Positions 10,018 through 19,929 of a stretch of DNA of 64,000 nt are shown here, one piece after another. Numbering within the stretch: the stretch's first letter is position 1; every line of letters starts with the position of its first letter. The stretch is taken from NCBI GenBank assembly GCA_018659585.1, contig JABJMC010000022.1, forward strand, positions 9,104 to 73,103, given 5' to 3'. This stretch comes from Candidatus Peregrinibacteria bacterium (lineage in GTDB: Bacteria > Patescibacteriota > Gracilibacteria > UBA1369 > UBA12473). The position numbers and the translations under genes are program-made. The notes beneath the pieces were generated by a model. It saw only the letters and a program-made list of their open reading frames with translations. It ran no database searches and was not told the DNA's origin.

Positions 10018-11031
10018 ATGGCGAAAAAAAGAGCACTAATTACTGGTATAACAGGCATGGTTGGATCACATTTAGCTGATTACCTACTTGAAAATACTGA
10101 TTGGGAAATCTATGGAATGTGTCGCTGGCGCAGTCCTATGGATAATGTTGAACATTTATTAGACCGCGTTAATAAACAAGACCGTGTTCATTTTCTTTAT
10201 GGCGATTTAAATGATTTTTGTTCTCTCTTAGATGTTCTTGAAAAGTCTAAACCAGATTATGTTTTCCATTTAGCGGCTCAAAGTTATCCAAAAACTAGTT
10301 TTGAATCACCTTTTGAGACCTTTAACACAAATATTATTGGAACCGCAAAACTTCTCGAAGCAATTAGAAAGCTAGAATTGGATCCAATTACTCATGTCTG
10401 CGCTTCCTCCGAAGTTTTTGGTCGAGTCCCCAAAGAAAAATTGCCCATTCATGAAGATGTTACTTTTCATCCAGCTTCACCCTACGCAATTTCTAAAACC
10501 GGAACTGATTTAGTAGGCCGTTTTTATGCCGAAGCTTATGGGATGACCGTGATGACAACTCGTATGTTTACTCACACTGGGCCTAGGCGCGGTGATGTTT
10601 TTGCAGAATCAACTTTTGCCAAACAAATCGCCATGATCGAAGCTGGTTTACTCCCACCCGTCGTCAAAGTTGGTAATTTAGATTCATTGCGCACTTGGGC
10701 AGATGTCCGTGACGCCATAAAAGCTTATTACATGTTAGTTACTAAAAACCCAATCCCCGGCGAATACTACAATATTGGCGGAACTTATAGCTGCACAGTA
10801 AAAGATATGCTCGATCACCTCCTTAGTCTTTCCACTAAAAAAGGCATTAAAGTTGAAATGGATCCAGAAAGATTACGCCCTATCGACGCTGACCTCCAAG
10901 TCCCAGATACTTCAAAATTCGAAAAACACACGGGCTGGAAACCAGAAATCTCTTTTGAGACTACAATGCTAGATTTGCTAAATTACTGGCGCGATCGCGT
11001 TGCCAAAGGTGAAAATTTTTGGAGTCGCTAA
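10018..11031 (+). CDS. wcbK: GDP-manno-heptose 4,6-dehydratase (WcbK/DmhA; GMD family)
   Basis: LITGITGMVGSHLADYLLENTDW, HLAAQSYPKTSF, SPYAISK, RMFTHTGPRRGDVFAES, RLRPIDADLQ. Confidence 0.85.
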   Translation: MAKKRALITGITGMVGSHLADYLLENTDWEIYGMCRWRSPMDNVEHLLDRVNKQDRVHFLYGDLNDFCSLLDVLEKSKPDYVFHLAAQSYPKTSFESPFETFNTNIIGTAKLLEAIRKLELDPITHVCASSEVFGRVPKEKLPIHEDVTFHPASPYAISKTGTDLVGRFYAEAYGMTVMTTRMFTHTGPRRGDVFAESTFAKQIAMIEAGLLPPVVKVGNLDSLRTWADVRDAIKAYYMLVTKNPIPGEYYNIGGTYSCTVKDMLDHLLSLSTKKGIKVEMDPERLRPIDADLQVPDTSKFEKHTGWKPEISFETTMLDLLNYWRDRVAKGENFWSR

Positions 11032-11594
11032 ACAAAAGCCTGCTCCACTAAGTCACAAATAATATGAATAATCAAAATATGCGATTCTTGAATTCGCGGG
11101 GTGTCTTTTGAAGGAACTTTAAGCATCACATCACACATTCCATCCATTTCTCCACCATCTTCACCAACTAAACCAATCACTAAGACCCCATACTTTTTAG
11201 CTTCTTTTATTGCTTCTACTACATCTTTTGAATTCCCAGAGGTACTAATTGCAAACAAAACATCCCCGTCCTTAGCCAGAGCCTCTACTTGCCGAGCAAA
11301 CACCCGACTAAAATCATAATCATTCCCAATCGCAGTTAAAGTCGAAGTATTGGTAGTTAAAGAAATCACCGGAAGTCCTTTTCGCTCTCTGCGATATTTA
11401 GACACTAACTCTGCAGTCAAATGCTGACTATCAGCGGCACTCCCACCATTTCCACAAACCAACACTTTCCCATCATTTTCTAAACAATTTACTAATTCGT
11501 TAGCTGCACTTTCAATACTTTCAATCAACTCATCAGAAAACGACTGTTTAATTTTTATACTTTCCTCAATTTGATCTTTTATATCTTGTTTCAT
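11028..11594 (-). CDS. gmhA: Sedoheptulose-7-phosphate isomerase
   Basis: CGNGGSAADSQH, TAIGNDY, ISTSGNS, TPRIQESH. Confidence 0.95.
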   Translation of the reverse strand: MKQDIKDQIEESIKIKQSFSDELIESIESAANELVNCLENDGKVLVCGNGGSAADSQHLTAELVSKYRRERKGLPVISLTTNTSTLTAIGNDYDFSRVFARQVEALAKDGDVLFAISTSGNSKDVVEAIKEAKKYGVLVIGLVGEDGGEMDGMCDVMLKVPSKDTPRIQESHILIIHIICDLVEQAFV

Positions 11595-11602
11595 AATAAA
11601 TT

Positions 11603-12640
11603 TTAAATTATCCAAGTAGTAAGCCCATCATAATCAAATGCAAACGAAACATCTTTTAACCCTAAATCTAAAGCTTTTTGACGAACGTGACACCTTCGCC
11701 CGGGACGACAATAAAAAAGCATATGCCCCCCACCTCCAGCACCAGTAATCTTCCCACCAATTCCTCCAACTTTTTGTAACTTTTCATAAATTTCATCAAT
11801 AGAACCAGTACTTATTTTTGAGCTTAATTTCTTTTTTTCTTGCCAAGCTTCATCAATAAGTTCTCCAAATCGATTAAAATCACCTTTTATCAAAACTGAT
11901 TTAAGCTGAGCAGTTAATTCCTTGGTCCGATGCATAGCTTCGATTGATTTTTTATCCTTTTTTAAATTTTCAACCTGGTCAGTAATAACATCTCCCGAAT
12001 CTTCTCTTTTCCCAACATTAAGTAATAACAAATCAGATTCTAATTCCAATAAATAGTCAGGCTTTAAATTAAAAGGATTCACCCGCACAAAATTATCACC
12101 TTTAAACTCAATAAAATTAATCCCACCAAAAACCGTAGCATATTGATCTTGTCGTCCTCCGGCATTATTTAGTTTTTCTCGTTCCAAATAAAAAGCCAAT
12201 TCCGCCAACTCATAATCATCAATACGATACTCTCGCCCTAATCTGTTAAAAATCCCTATCACACTCGCAAACATCGAAGCCGAACTCCCTAATCCTGATC
12301 GCGGCGGGATCTCACAATTAGTATGAATTTCAAACCCATGTGGATGTTTTTCAAAAAAATGTGGGTGATGTTCTTTGAAATACAAAATCACTGACTTTAC
12401 CAAATCCAATTCTCCATTCAATTCAATTTTCGAAATATCTTCATATTCAAGGCGAAGATTTAAATCATACGAATCTAAAATTATTTTCTTATCATCCCGA
12501 GGGATAAAAGTCGTATAAGCATATCTATTAATAGCGGCGTTTAAAACAACTCCACCATATTCTTCAGTGTAGGGGCTCAGGTCAGTCCCTCCCCCACCAA
12601 AGCTAATTCTAACCGGAGCACGTGATCGTATTATTGGCAT
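11603..12640 (-). CDS. hddA: D-glycero-alpha-D-manno-heptose-7-phosphate kinase (GHMP family)
   Basis: RSRAPVRISFGGGGTD, PPRSGLGSS, GGRQDQYA, KITGAGGGG. Confidence 0.9.
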   Translation of the reverse strand: MPIIRSRAPVRISFGGGGTDLSPYTEEYGGVVLNAAINRYAYTTFIPRDDKKIILDSYDLNLRLEYEDISKIELNGELDLVKSVILYFKEHHPHFFEKHPHGFEIHTNCEIPPRSGLGSSASMFASVIGIFNRLGREYRIDDYELAELAFYLEREKLNNAGGRQDQYATVFGGINFIEFKGDNFVRVNPFNLKPDYLLELESDLLLLNVGKREDSGDVITDQVENLKKDKKSIEAMHRTKELTAQLKSVLIKGDFNRFGELIDEAWQEKKKLSSKISTGSIDEIYEKLQKVGGIGGKITGAGGGGHMLFYCRPGRRCHVRQKALDLGLKDVSFAFDYDGLTTWII

Positions 12641-13332
12641 AAATTAATCTTATGAAATTCCTCTACAAATTGATTATAAGTGTCAAACGTCCCTATATCA
12701 ATAAAGTATCCATCTTGAACCTCCCACCCATAAAAATCTTTTTTAAGTTTTTCGAAAATCTCATACTCTAAAGAAAACTCCCCCTCTGGCATTAAATCCA
12801 AAATACCTTTACTCATCACACAAACTCCCGCATTTATTAAACCTGCTTCTTCTTGAGTTTCAATTGAGGCAAAGGTTGTAATTTCAGAGTCCTCATTCAT
12901 TTCAACAAAACCGGAATTCTGATTTCTTTTTATCAATTTAAGACTCATGGTACACAAAGCTTGTTTCTCCTTATGAAAATCCATTAACCCCTTCAAATCT
13001 AGCTCCAAAAAAGTATCCCCATTAACAACTACAAAATTATCAGCCACTAAATCCTCCGCTAATTTTATAGCTCCTCCGGTACCTAATGGGTTTTCTTCAA
13101 TTGTATATTTAATAGTAACTCCCCAGGCAGAACCATCCCCAAAATAATCTATTATTTGCTCTCTTAAGTACCCAACCGCCAAAATAAAATCATTAGCTCC
13201 TTGTCCTTTATAGTATTCAATCAAATACTCAAGAAAAGGCTTCCCGTCAATTGGGACCATTGGTTTAGGAATATCATTAGTTAATGGTCGCAGCCGTGTG
13301 CCCAACCCGCCACAAAGAATTAGAATTTGCAT
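12631..13332 (-). CDS. hddC: Heptose-1-phosphate guanylyltransferase-like nucleotidyltransferase
   Basis: ILCGGLGTRLR, PKPMV..GKPFL, PLGTGGAI, NGDT, FIDIGT; context. Confidence 0.8.
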   Translation of the reverse strand: MQILILCGGLGTRLRPLTNDIPKPMVPIDGKPFLEYLIEYYKGQGANDFILAVGYLREQIIDYFGDGSAWGVTIKYTIEENPLGTGGAIKLAEDLVADNFVVVNGDTFLELDLKGLMDFHKEKQALCTMSLKLIKRNQNSGFVEMNEDSEITTFASIETQEEAGLINAGVCVMSKGILDLMPEGEFSLEYEIFEKLKKDFYGWEVQDGYFIDIGTFDTYNQFVEEFHKINLCQ

Positions 13333-13388
13333 GGTTGAAATATAATACATTATTCAAATAAACCCAACCTTACGCTATGATAGGAGCC

Positions 13389-13865
13389 ATGAACAAAGCT
13401 ATTTTCTTAGATCGTGACGGAACCCTAAACTACGATGACGGGTATACTCACAAGCCATCTGACCTAAAAATATACGATGGGGTAATAGAAGGACTTAAAG
13501 AATTACAAGACCTCGGATACCTCCTTATTATTATCACCAATCAATCTGGGATTAACCGTGGGTTTTATGATGAAAACCAAATGAATGAATTCCACGAAAC
13601 CTTATTATCTGAGCTAGGAGTTAAAATCGAAAAAATCTACTTTTGCCCACATAAACCAGATGAAAATTGTGATTGCCGCAAACCCAAACCAAAACTTCTC
13701 CAAAAAGCCCTTCAGGAATTCCATTTAACTCCCGAGGAATGTTATTTTGCTGGAGATAAAGATTCAGACATTCAATGTGGCCTAAACGCTGGCACCAAAA
13801 CTTTCCTAATTACACACTCCAAAGGAGGCACTTTTCAAGATCTGGTTAAACTAATTAAATCGTAA
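13389..13865 (+). CDS. gmhB: Heptose-1,7-bisphosphate phosphatase
   Basis: FLDRDGTLN, ITNQSGI.RG, CPH..CDCRKP, GDKDSD. Confidence 0.9.
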   Translation: MNKAIFLDRDGTLNYDDGYTHKPSDLKIYDGVIEGLKELQDLGYLLIIITNQSGINRGFYDENQMNEFHETLLSELGVKIEKIYFCPHKPDENCDCRKPKPKLLQKALQEFHLTPEECYFAGDKDSDIQCGLNAGTKTFLITHSKGGTFQDLVKLIKS

Positions 13866-13951
13866 ACAAAAATCTATAACACTTCTTCCTTGCCCCCCTC
13901 CTCTTCTTAATTTAAAGTAAAAACGTTTTTATAGAATTCTAAATTTTTCTC

Positions 13952-15250
13952 ATGCTTGATTTAAATATTTTCCGCGACAACCCAGAAGTCGTCAAAGCAG
14001 ACCTCAAAAAACGCAACATAAATGAATCTATTGTTGATGAAGTTGTTAAACTCGATGCTGAAAATCGTGCCGAAATGCAAAAAGTAGAAGAAGCACGCGC
14101 TCAAAAAAACGCAGCTTCTGAAAAAATCGCCAAACTAGATGGTGAAGCTAAGCAAACCGCCATTTCTGAAATGAAAACAGTTGGGGAAAAAGAAAAAATC
14201 GCTCACGAAAAACAACAAAAAATCGAAGCTGACCTCAAAGAAAAATTAGCGAACATCCCCAACCTAACTCACGAAAGCACTCCCGCTGGGCCAGATGAAA
14301 GTGGTAACACCGTCATCGAAACCCACGGCACTCCACGCAAATTTGATTTTGAGCCCAAAGATCACGTTGAACTTGGCGTAAATCTAGGAATTTTAAATAT
14401 AGAAGATGCTGTTCGAATGTCTGGATCCCGCTTTGCTTATCTTATGGGCGAAGCCGCTCTACTTGAATTTGCGCTCATTCAGTTCGCCATGCACAAACTT
14501 GTAAGTAAAGGGTTCAAGCCAGTCGTCCCGCCAGTCTTGGTCCGCGAACAGGCTATGTATGCAACTGGCTTTTTTCCCGCGGACCGCAACCAAATCTATC
14601 ACGTTAATCCTAAACAAAGTGAAGACGATGACGAAAACGATGATCTCTATCTAGTAGGGACTTCCGAAGTGCCATTAACCATGATTCACGAAGGAAAAAT
14701 CCTAGATGCGGCCGAGCTACCACTAAGGTACGCTGGTTTTTCAACCTGTTTCCGCCGCGAGGCCGGCACCTACGGTAAAGACATGCACGGCATCATTCGC
14801 GTCCACCAATTCGACAAAATTGAAATGTTCTCTTTCTGCCACCCAGACAAATCTTGGGACGAACACGAACTAATCCGCCAAACCGAAGAAGAAATCATGC
14901 AAGACCTCGGCCTCGCTTACCAAGTGGTAAACATTTGCTCTGGAGATCTCGGCTTCCCAGCTGCCAAAAAATACGATCTCGAAGCCTGGATCCCAACCCA
15001 AGACAAATATCGCGAACTTACTTCTTGCTCCAACTGCACTGATTATCAAGCACGCCGCGCTCGCATCCGCTATAAAAACCCCGAAACCAACAAAAACGAA
15101 CACCTTCACACTTTAAATGGTACTGCTATCGCCATCGGACGCACCCTGGTGGCCATCATGGAAAACTACCAAGAAGCCGATGGCTCCATCAAAATCCCAC
15201 CAGTACTCCATCCTTATATGAATGGGATTACGGAGATAAAGAAGACTTAA
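13952..15250 (+). CDS. serS: Serine--tRNA ligase
   Basis: MLDLNIFRDNP coiled coil, LVGTSEV, CFRREAG, RVHQFDKIE, SCSNCTDYQARR, HTLNGT. Confidence 0.97.
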   Translation: MLDLNIFRDNPEVVKADLKKRNINESIVDEVVKLDAENRAEMQKVEEARAQKNAASEKIAKLDGEAKQTAISEMKTVGEKEKIAHEKQQKIEADLKEKLANIPNLTHESTPAGPDESGNTVIETHGTPRKFDFEPKDHVELGVNLGILNIEDAVRMSGSRFAYLMGEAALLEFALIQFAMHKLVSKGFKPVVPPVLVREQAMYATGFFPADRNQIYHVNPKQSEDDDENDDLYLVGTSEVPLTMIHEGKILDAAELPLRYAGFSTCFRREAGTYGKDMHGIIRVHQFDKIEMFSFCHPDKSWDEHELIRQTEEEIMQDLGLAYQVVNICSGDLGFPAAKKYDLEAWIPTQDKYRELTSCSNCTDYQARRARIRYKNPETNKNEHLHTLNGTAIAIGRTLVAIMENYQEADGSIKIPPVLHPYMNGITEIKKT

Positions 15251-15268
15251 CCAATCCTTTTCCCAATC

Positions 15269-15297
15269 TTGCCTTTACCTGTAATTACATGTATAAT
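15269..15297 (+). promoter_or_regulatory. sigma70-type promoter TTGCCT-N17-TATAAT with palindrome TGTAATTACA in spacer
   Basis: Read directly; upstream of 15357 CDS. Confidence 0.6.
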
Positions 15298-15356
15298 ATA
15301 TTGAAGTAAATTGGCGCCCAGAGAACCCTTAAAAGCGCCCTAACTAAAAACCTCCC

Positions 15357-16103
15357 ATGCTAATCACACTTTCAACTGAATCTTTAAAAGGTTATGGGTT
15401 AAATCGAGTCTTTCGCTTTGCCAAAGAAGCTGGCTTTGACGGTATAGATTTAGCCATGGAAAACGGTCACTATGACAGTTTAGACGTCGATTATATTAAA
15501 GAACTAAGCAATGCGCTCAGCCTACCGATTGTAGCCATTCAAACCCCAAAAGCCACTTCCAAAACTAAGGTAGAAGAAGCTATTCGCATGGCTAAAAAGC
15601 TTGGAACTCGCATTATTGTAATTCAGCCACCCAAGTTATTAGATGTAAAACTAGCAAAATGGCTTCGTTCCGAAATCCCCAAGATTCGTCAAAAAGAAAA
15701 TATTTCGATTGCCTTAGAAAATGCTTCTTCCAAAACCATGTTTGGATTCATCCCTGAATACGCCATGGCCAGTGTTGGAGAACTCAAAAAATTCAAACAC
15801 GCTTGTTTAGATACTTCTCGAGCTGCGGAAAAGAAAGAAGACGTCATTCGCATTTATAGCGCTCTTAAAAAATATTTAGTGCACATTCATCTTTCCAATA
15901 TCTATCGCAACAAACCTTACGCTCCCCCAGAAACTGGCAGCCTTCCCTTAGAAAGTCTTCTTTCTAAACTTAAAGCTGATAAATTCAAAGGAGCCATTTC
16001 TATCAGAGTAAAACCCAAAAACTATCACGTTGGGAATGAAGACAAAATGATGGAAAGCCTAAAGAGCTCTCTCAAATTTTGTCGCAAATATTTAGAAGGA
16101 TAA
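15357..16103 (+). CDS. Sugar phosphate isomerase/epimerase (xylose isomerase-like TIM barrel)
   Basis: AKEAGFDGIDL, IALEN, CLDTSR, HIHLSN. Confidence 0.75.
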   Translation: MLITLSTESLKGYGLNRVFRFAKEAGFDGIDLAMENGHYDSLDVDYIKELSNALSLPIVAIQTPKATSKTKVEEAIRMAKKLGTRIIVIQPPKLLDVKLAKWLRSEIPKIRQKENISIALENASSKTMFGFIPEYAMASVGELKKFKHACLDTSRAAEKKEDVIRIYSALKKYLVHIHLSNIYRNKPYAPPETGSLPLESLLSKLKADKFKGAISIRVKPKNYHVGNEDKMMESLKSSLKFCRKYLEG

Positions 16104-16193
16104 TTTTTAAAAAATCGCTCTCCTGTTAAATTGTTTTTAAACAATGTTTTTAATAAATTGCAATAGATTTTTCTGAAACAGGTTAATTTTCCT

Positions 16194-16221
16194 TTGACAT
16201 AAGGAGAACTGTGAGTAGAAT
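16194..16221 (+). promoter_or_regulatory. rpoB promoter TTGACA-N16-TAGAAT
   Basis: Near-consensus boxes about 105 nt upstream of the ATG at 16326. Confidence 0.65.
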
Positions 16222-16325
16222 AGCTCTGCGCTTTTCTTATATATAAGAGTGTGTTGAGGAAGAACCTAAGTAAAGCACAAACCTGGGATTTACTCCCTTT
16301 ATTCGTTACTTCCTCATGCTTTTCT

Positions 16326-19300
16326 ATGGCTAAAAAAACGTCTTCTTCTAAACCTGCAAAAGCAAAAAAACAAATCAAAAAGACCACTAAATCAGCCCCT
16401 AAAAAGGCCCCTTCTAAAGCCGTTAAGTCAGTTAAAGTTAAATCAGTTAAAGTTAATCCCGTTCGCCAACGTAAGCTTTTGGTAACTCAGGATGACTACG
16501 CTATGCCGGATCTGATTGAGATCCAAACTGATTCTTATAAATGGTTTTTGGAAGAAGGAATCCGTGAACTTCTCGAAGAAATTTCCCCTATCACAGACTT
16601 TTCCGGGAAAAAATTAGAACTACACTTTCTAGAGCACTCCATTGGCGATGCCAAATACAAATCTTCTTTAGCTAAGCAAAAAAACCTTACTTTTGAAGCT
16701 CCTCTAAAAGTTCATGTTCAGCTCATCAATAAAGAGACTGGTGAAATTAAAGAGCAGGATGTTTTCCTAGGAGGGGTCCCACTTATGACCCACCAAGGAA
16801 CTTTTATTGTAAATGGAATTGAAAGAGTAGTTGTTAGTCAATTAGTGCGCTCCCCCGGAGTATTTTTCTCTCGTAATTCTGCCGCACCTCCGTACTGCAA
16901 CGCCAAAATCATCCCAAATCGTGGCGCTTGGCTCGAAGTTGAAACCGACAAAAAAGGGATCATTACTGTAAAAATTGATCGCAAACGCAAAATTCCTATT
17001 ACTAGTTTATTGCGTGTTTTTGGTTATACCGAAGACAAAGACATTCTCAATCTTTTCAAGGATGACGTTAAAGATGAAATTCAAAACTACATCCTTCTAA
17101 CTCTTGAAAAAGACACTGCCAAAACTGTGGACGAAGCCTACAAATCTATTTACCGCAAAATTCGTCCTGGAGACTTGGCTACTCCCGAAAACGCCAAATC
17201 TCTTATCCAATCCATGTTCTTTGATTACCGAAAATACGACATGGGACCAGTGGCACGTTATAAACTTAACCGTCGCTTTAAATTAAAAACCCCAAACACT
17301 CGCAAGAATCATACTTTCCAAGTCGATGATTTAGTTTTGATTCTAAAACACTTAATCAAACTTAATAACGGCGATGCTACTCCAGATGATATTGATCACT
17401 TAAGCAATCGTCGTATTCGTCCAGTTGGTGAGTTAGTACAAAACAAATTCCGTGTTGGTTTACTCCGCACTGATCGTATTGCCAAGGATCGTATGACTGT
17501 TATGGACTTAGAAACTGTCACACCAACTGAATTAATTAACTCTCGACCAATCACCGCTGCTCTTCGTGAATTTTTTGCTAGCTCTCAGCTATCACAATTC
17601 ATGGATCAGACTAATCCCCTCGCTGAATTAGCTCATAAACGTCGTTTATCTGCTATGGGGCCAGGTGGTTTATCCCGTGAACGTGCTTCGTTTGATGTTC
17701 GTGATGTGCATGCTTCTCACTATGGTCGAATCTGTCCAATTGCTACTCCCGAGGGACCAAATATTGGTTTGGTTGTTCACTTAGCAACTTACGCTCGACT
17801 TAATAAATTTGGATTTATTGAAACTCCTTTCCGAGAAATCAACCATACGGTTGCTCCAGATTTAAAGAATCTTGTTGGTCATACTCTTGACGCTGAAGTT
17901 AAAGATAAAAGTAAAAAAACTATTGCCAAATCCGGCACCAAAGTTAACGAAGCTTTAGCCAAGAAAATCATCAAAGCAGTACCTAAAAATTCTGAAGTTA
18001 AAGTGGTTGCTTACCCTGGAAAAATGGTTAGTTATTTTGATGCTGAAGATGAACAAAGCATCATCGTGGCGCAAGCTAATTCCGAACTTACTGAAGATAA
18101 TGAATTCGAAAAAAATCGTGTTGCTGCTCGTAGTAACAACGAGCCAACCATGTCACATATTCGTGACTTAACACACATTGATATTGCCCCTCAACAGATT
18201 ATTTCGGTAACAACCTCACTTATTCCGTTCCTTGAACACGACGATAATACTCGTGCTTCAATGGGATCAAATATGCAGAGACAAGCCGTGCCTTTGCTTA
18301 AACCATCTTGCCCACTCGTCGGAACTGGTATGGAAAAAATTGCCGCCGAAAATTCAGGACAAGTAATTCTAGCCGAAGGACCTGGAAAAGTTTCTTCAGT
18401 TGATGCCGATCAAATCACAGTTCTTTATGACAATGGTAAAAAACAAATCTACGAATTAACGGTTTACACTCGTTCTAATCAAGCTACTTGCTGTCACCAA
18501 CGCTCCATTGCAGTCAAAGGACAACGCGTTAAAAAAGGTGACCTCCTCGCTGACGGAACATCTACTAACGAAGGAGAACTCGCCCTTGGAAAAAACTTAT
18601 TTGTCGCTTACATGAGTTGGCAAGGTTATAACTTTGAGGATGCGGTTATTATCTCTCAAAAACTAGTTAAAGCCGATGCTTTCAGCTCTGTTCATATCGA
18701 AACTTTCACCGTTGATATTCGTGACACCAAATTAGGACCAGAAGTTGTTACTTGCGACATTCCTAACGTTGGTGAAGCTCGCTTAAAAGATCTTGATGAA
18801 ATGGGTGTGGTCCGAATTGGAGCCACGGTTCGAGAAGGAGATATTTTGGTTGGTAAAATCACTCCAAAAGGAGAGACTGAGCTAACCCCAGAAGAACGTC
18901 TACTTCGCGCAATCTTTGGTGACAAAGCTCGTGATGTAAAAGATACTTCTCTTCGTTTACCAGGAGGTGAAGGTGGGAAAGTTGTTAAAGTTGAAATCTT
19001 TAGCCGTGAAAATGGTGATGAGCTTCCTACCGGAGTTATCCAACAACTTCGTGTAAATGTAGCGCAGACTCGCAAAATCTCGGTCGGAGATAAGGTCGCT
19101 GGTCGTCACGGTAATAAAGGTGTGATCTCTATTATTGTGCCGCAAGAAGATATGCCTTATTTACCAGACGGAACACCAATTGATATTATTTTGAATCCTC
19201 TTGGTGTGACCAGTCGTATGAATATCGGACAAATTTTGGAAACTCACTTAGGTTGGGCCTGTCATGACCTTGGCGTTAAGGTTGCTACCCCAGCTTTGAA

Positions 19301-19907
19301 TGGTGCTCCAACTGAAATCACTCATGAATATCTCAAAAAAGCTGGTCTTCCTGAAGACGGGAAAGAACAACTTTTTGATGGACGAACTGGAGAACCTCTT
19401 GATCACCGCACTACCGTGGGAATCGCCTATGTGATGAAATTAAATCACTTAGTTGAAGACAAAATCCATGCTCGTTCAGTTGGTCCATACTCACTTGTTA
19501 CGCAACAACCTCTCGGAGGTAAAGCACAACATGGTGGACAACGTTTTGGAGAAATGGAGGTTTGGGCGCTCGAAGCTTATGGAGCAGCTCACACTTTACA
19601 AGAAATGCTCACCATCAAATCTGATGATGTGTATGGTCGCGCCAAAGCTTACGAATCTATTGTAAAGGGTGAACCAATCAAAAAACCGCGCACTCCAGAA
19701 TCATTCAATGTTTTAACTCGTGAATTACAAAGTCTCTGTCTCAACGTCGAATTAATTGAAAAACTAGTTGATACCAAAGAAGCAGATGATGAAGAATACA
19801 TCGAACCACAAGAAGCAGACTTAGAGCTAAAACCACCAGACGAAGAAGCTCCTCTAGTTGATGACAGCACTAAAATTACTGATCCCGCTGTTATCGAAAA
19901 TAATTAA
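16326..19907 (+). CDS. rpoB: RNA polymerase beta subunit
   Basis: GTFIVNGIERVVVSQ, SQFMDQTNPL, GSNMQRQAVP, GRHGNKG, GGQRFGEMEVWALEAYGA; start set at MAKK. Confidence 0.98.
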   Translation: MAKKTSSSKPAKAKKQIKKTTKSAPKKAPSKAVKSVKVKSVKVNPVRQRKLLVTQDDYAMPDLIEIQTDSYKWFLEEGIRELLEEISPITDFSGKKLELHFLEHSIGDAKYKSSLAKQKNLTFEAPLKVHVQLINKETGEIKEQDVFLGGVPLMTHQGTFIVNGIERVVVSQLVRSPGVFFSRNSAAPPYCNAKIIPNRGAWLEVETDKKGIITVKIDRKRKIPITSLLRVFGYTEDKDILNLFKDDVKDEIQNYILLTLEKDTAKTVDEAYKSIYRKIRPGDLATPENAKSLIQSMFFDYRKYDMGPVARYKLNRRFKLKTPNTRKNHTFQVDDLVLILKHLIKLNNGDATPDDIDHLSNRRIRPVGELVQNKFRVGLLRTDRIAKDRMTVMDLETVTPTELINSRPITAALREFFASSQLSQFMDQTNPLAELAHKRRLSAMGPGGLSRERASFDVRDVHASHYGRICPIATPEGPNIGLVVHLATYARLNKFGFIETPFREINHTVAPDLKNLVGHTLDAEVKDKSKKTIAKSGTKVNEALAKKIIKAVPKNSEVKVVAYPGKMVSYFDAEDEQSIIVAQANSELTEDNEFEKNRVAARSNNEPTMSHIRDLTHIDIAPQQIISVTTSLIPFLEHDDNTRASMGSNMQRQAVPLLKPSCPLVGTGMEKIAAENSGQVILAEGPGKVSSVDADQITVLYDNGKKQIYELTVYTRSNQATCCHQRSIAVKGQRVKKGDLLADGTSTNEGELALGKNLFVAYMSWQGYNFEDAVIISQKLVKADAFSSVHIETFTVDIRDTKLGPEVVTCDIPNVGEARLKDLDEMGVVRIGATVREGDILVGKITPKGETELTPEERLLRAIFGDKARDVKDTSLRLPGGEGGKVVKVEIFSRENGDELPTGVIQQLRVNVAQTRKISVGDKVAGRHGNKGVISIIVPQEDMPYLPDGTPIDIILNPLGVTSRMNIGQILETHLGWACHDLGVKVATPALNGAPTEITHEYLKKAGLPEDGKEQLFDGRTGEPLDHRTTVGIAYVMKLNHLVEDKIHARSVGPYSLVTQQPLGGKAQHGGQRFGEMEVWALEAYGAAHTLQEMLTIKSDDVYGRAKAYESIVKGEPIKKPRTPESFNVLTRELQSLCLNVELIEKLVDTKEADDEEYIEPQEADLELKPPDEEAPLVDDSTKITDPAVIENN

Positions 19908-19929
19908 TATTTATTTTAACCCTTTTAAA

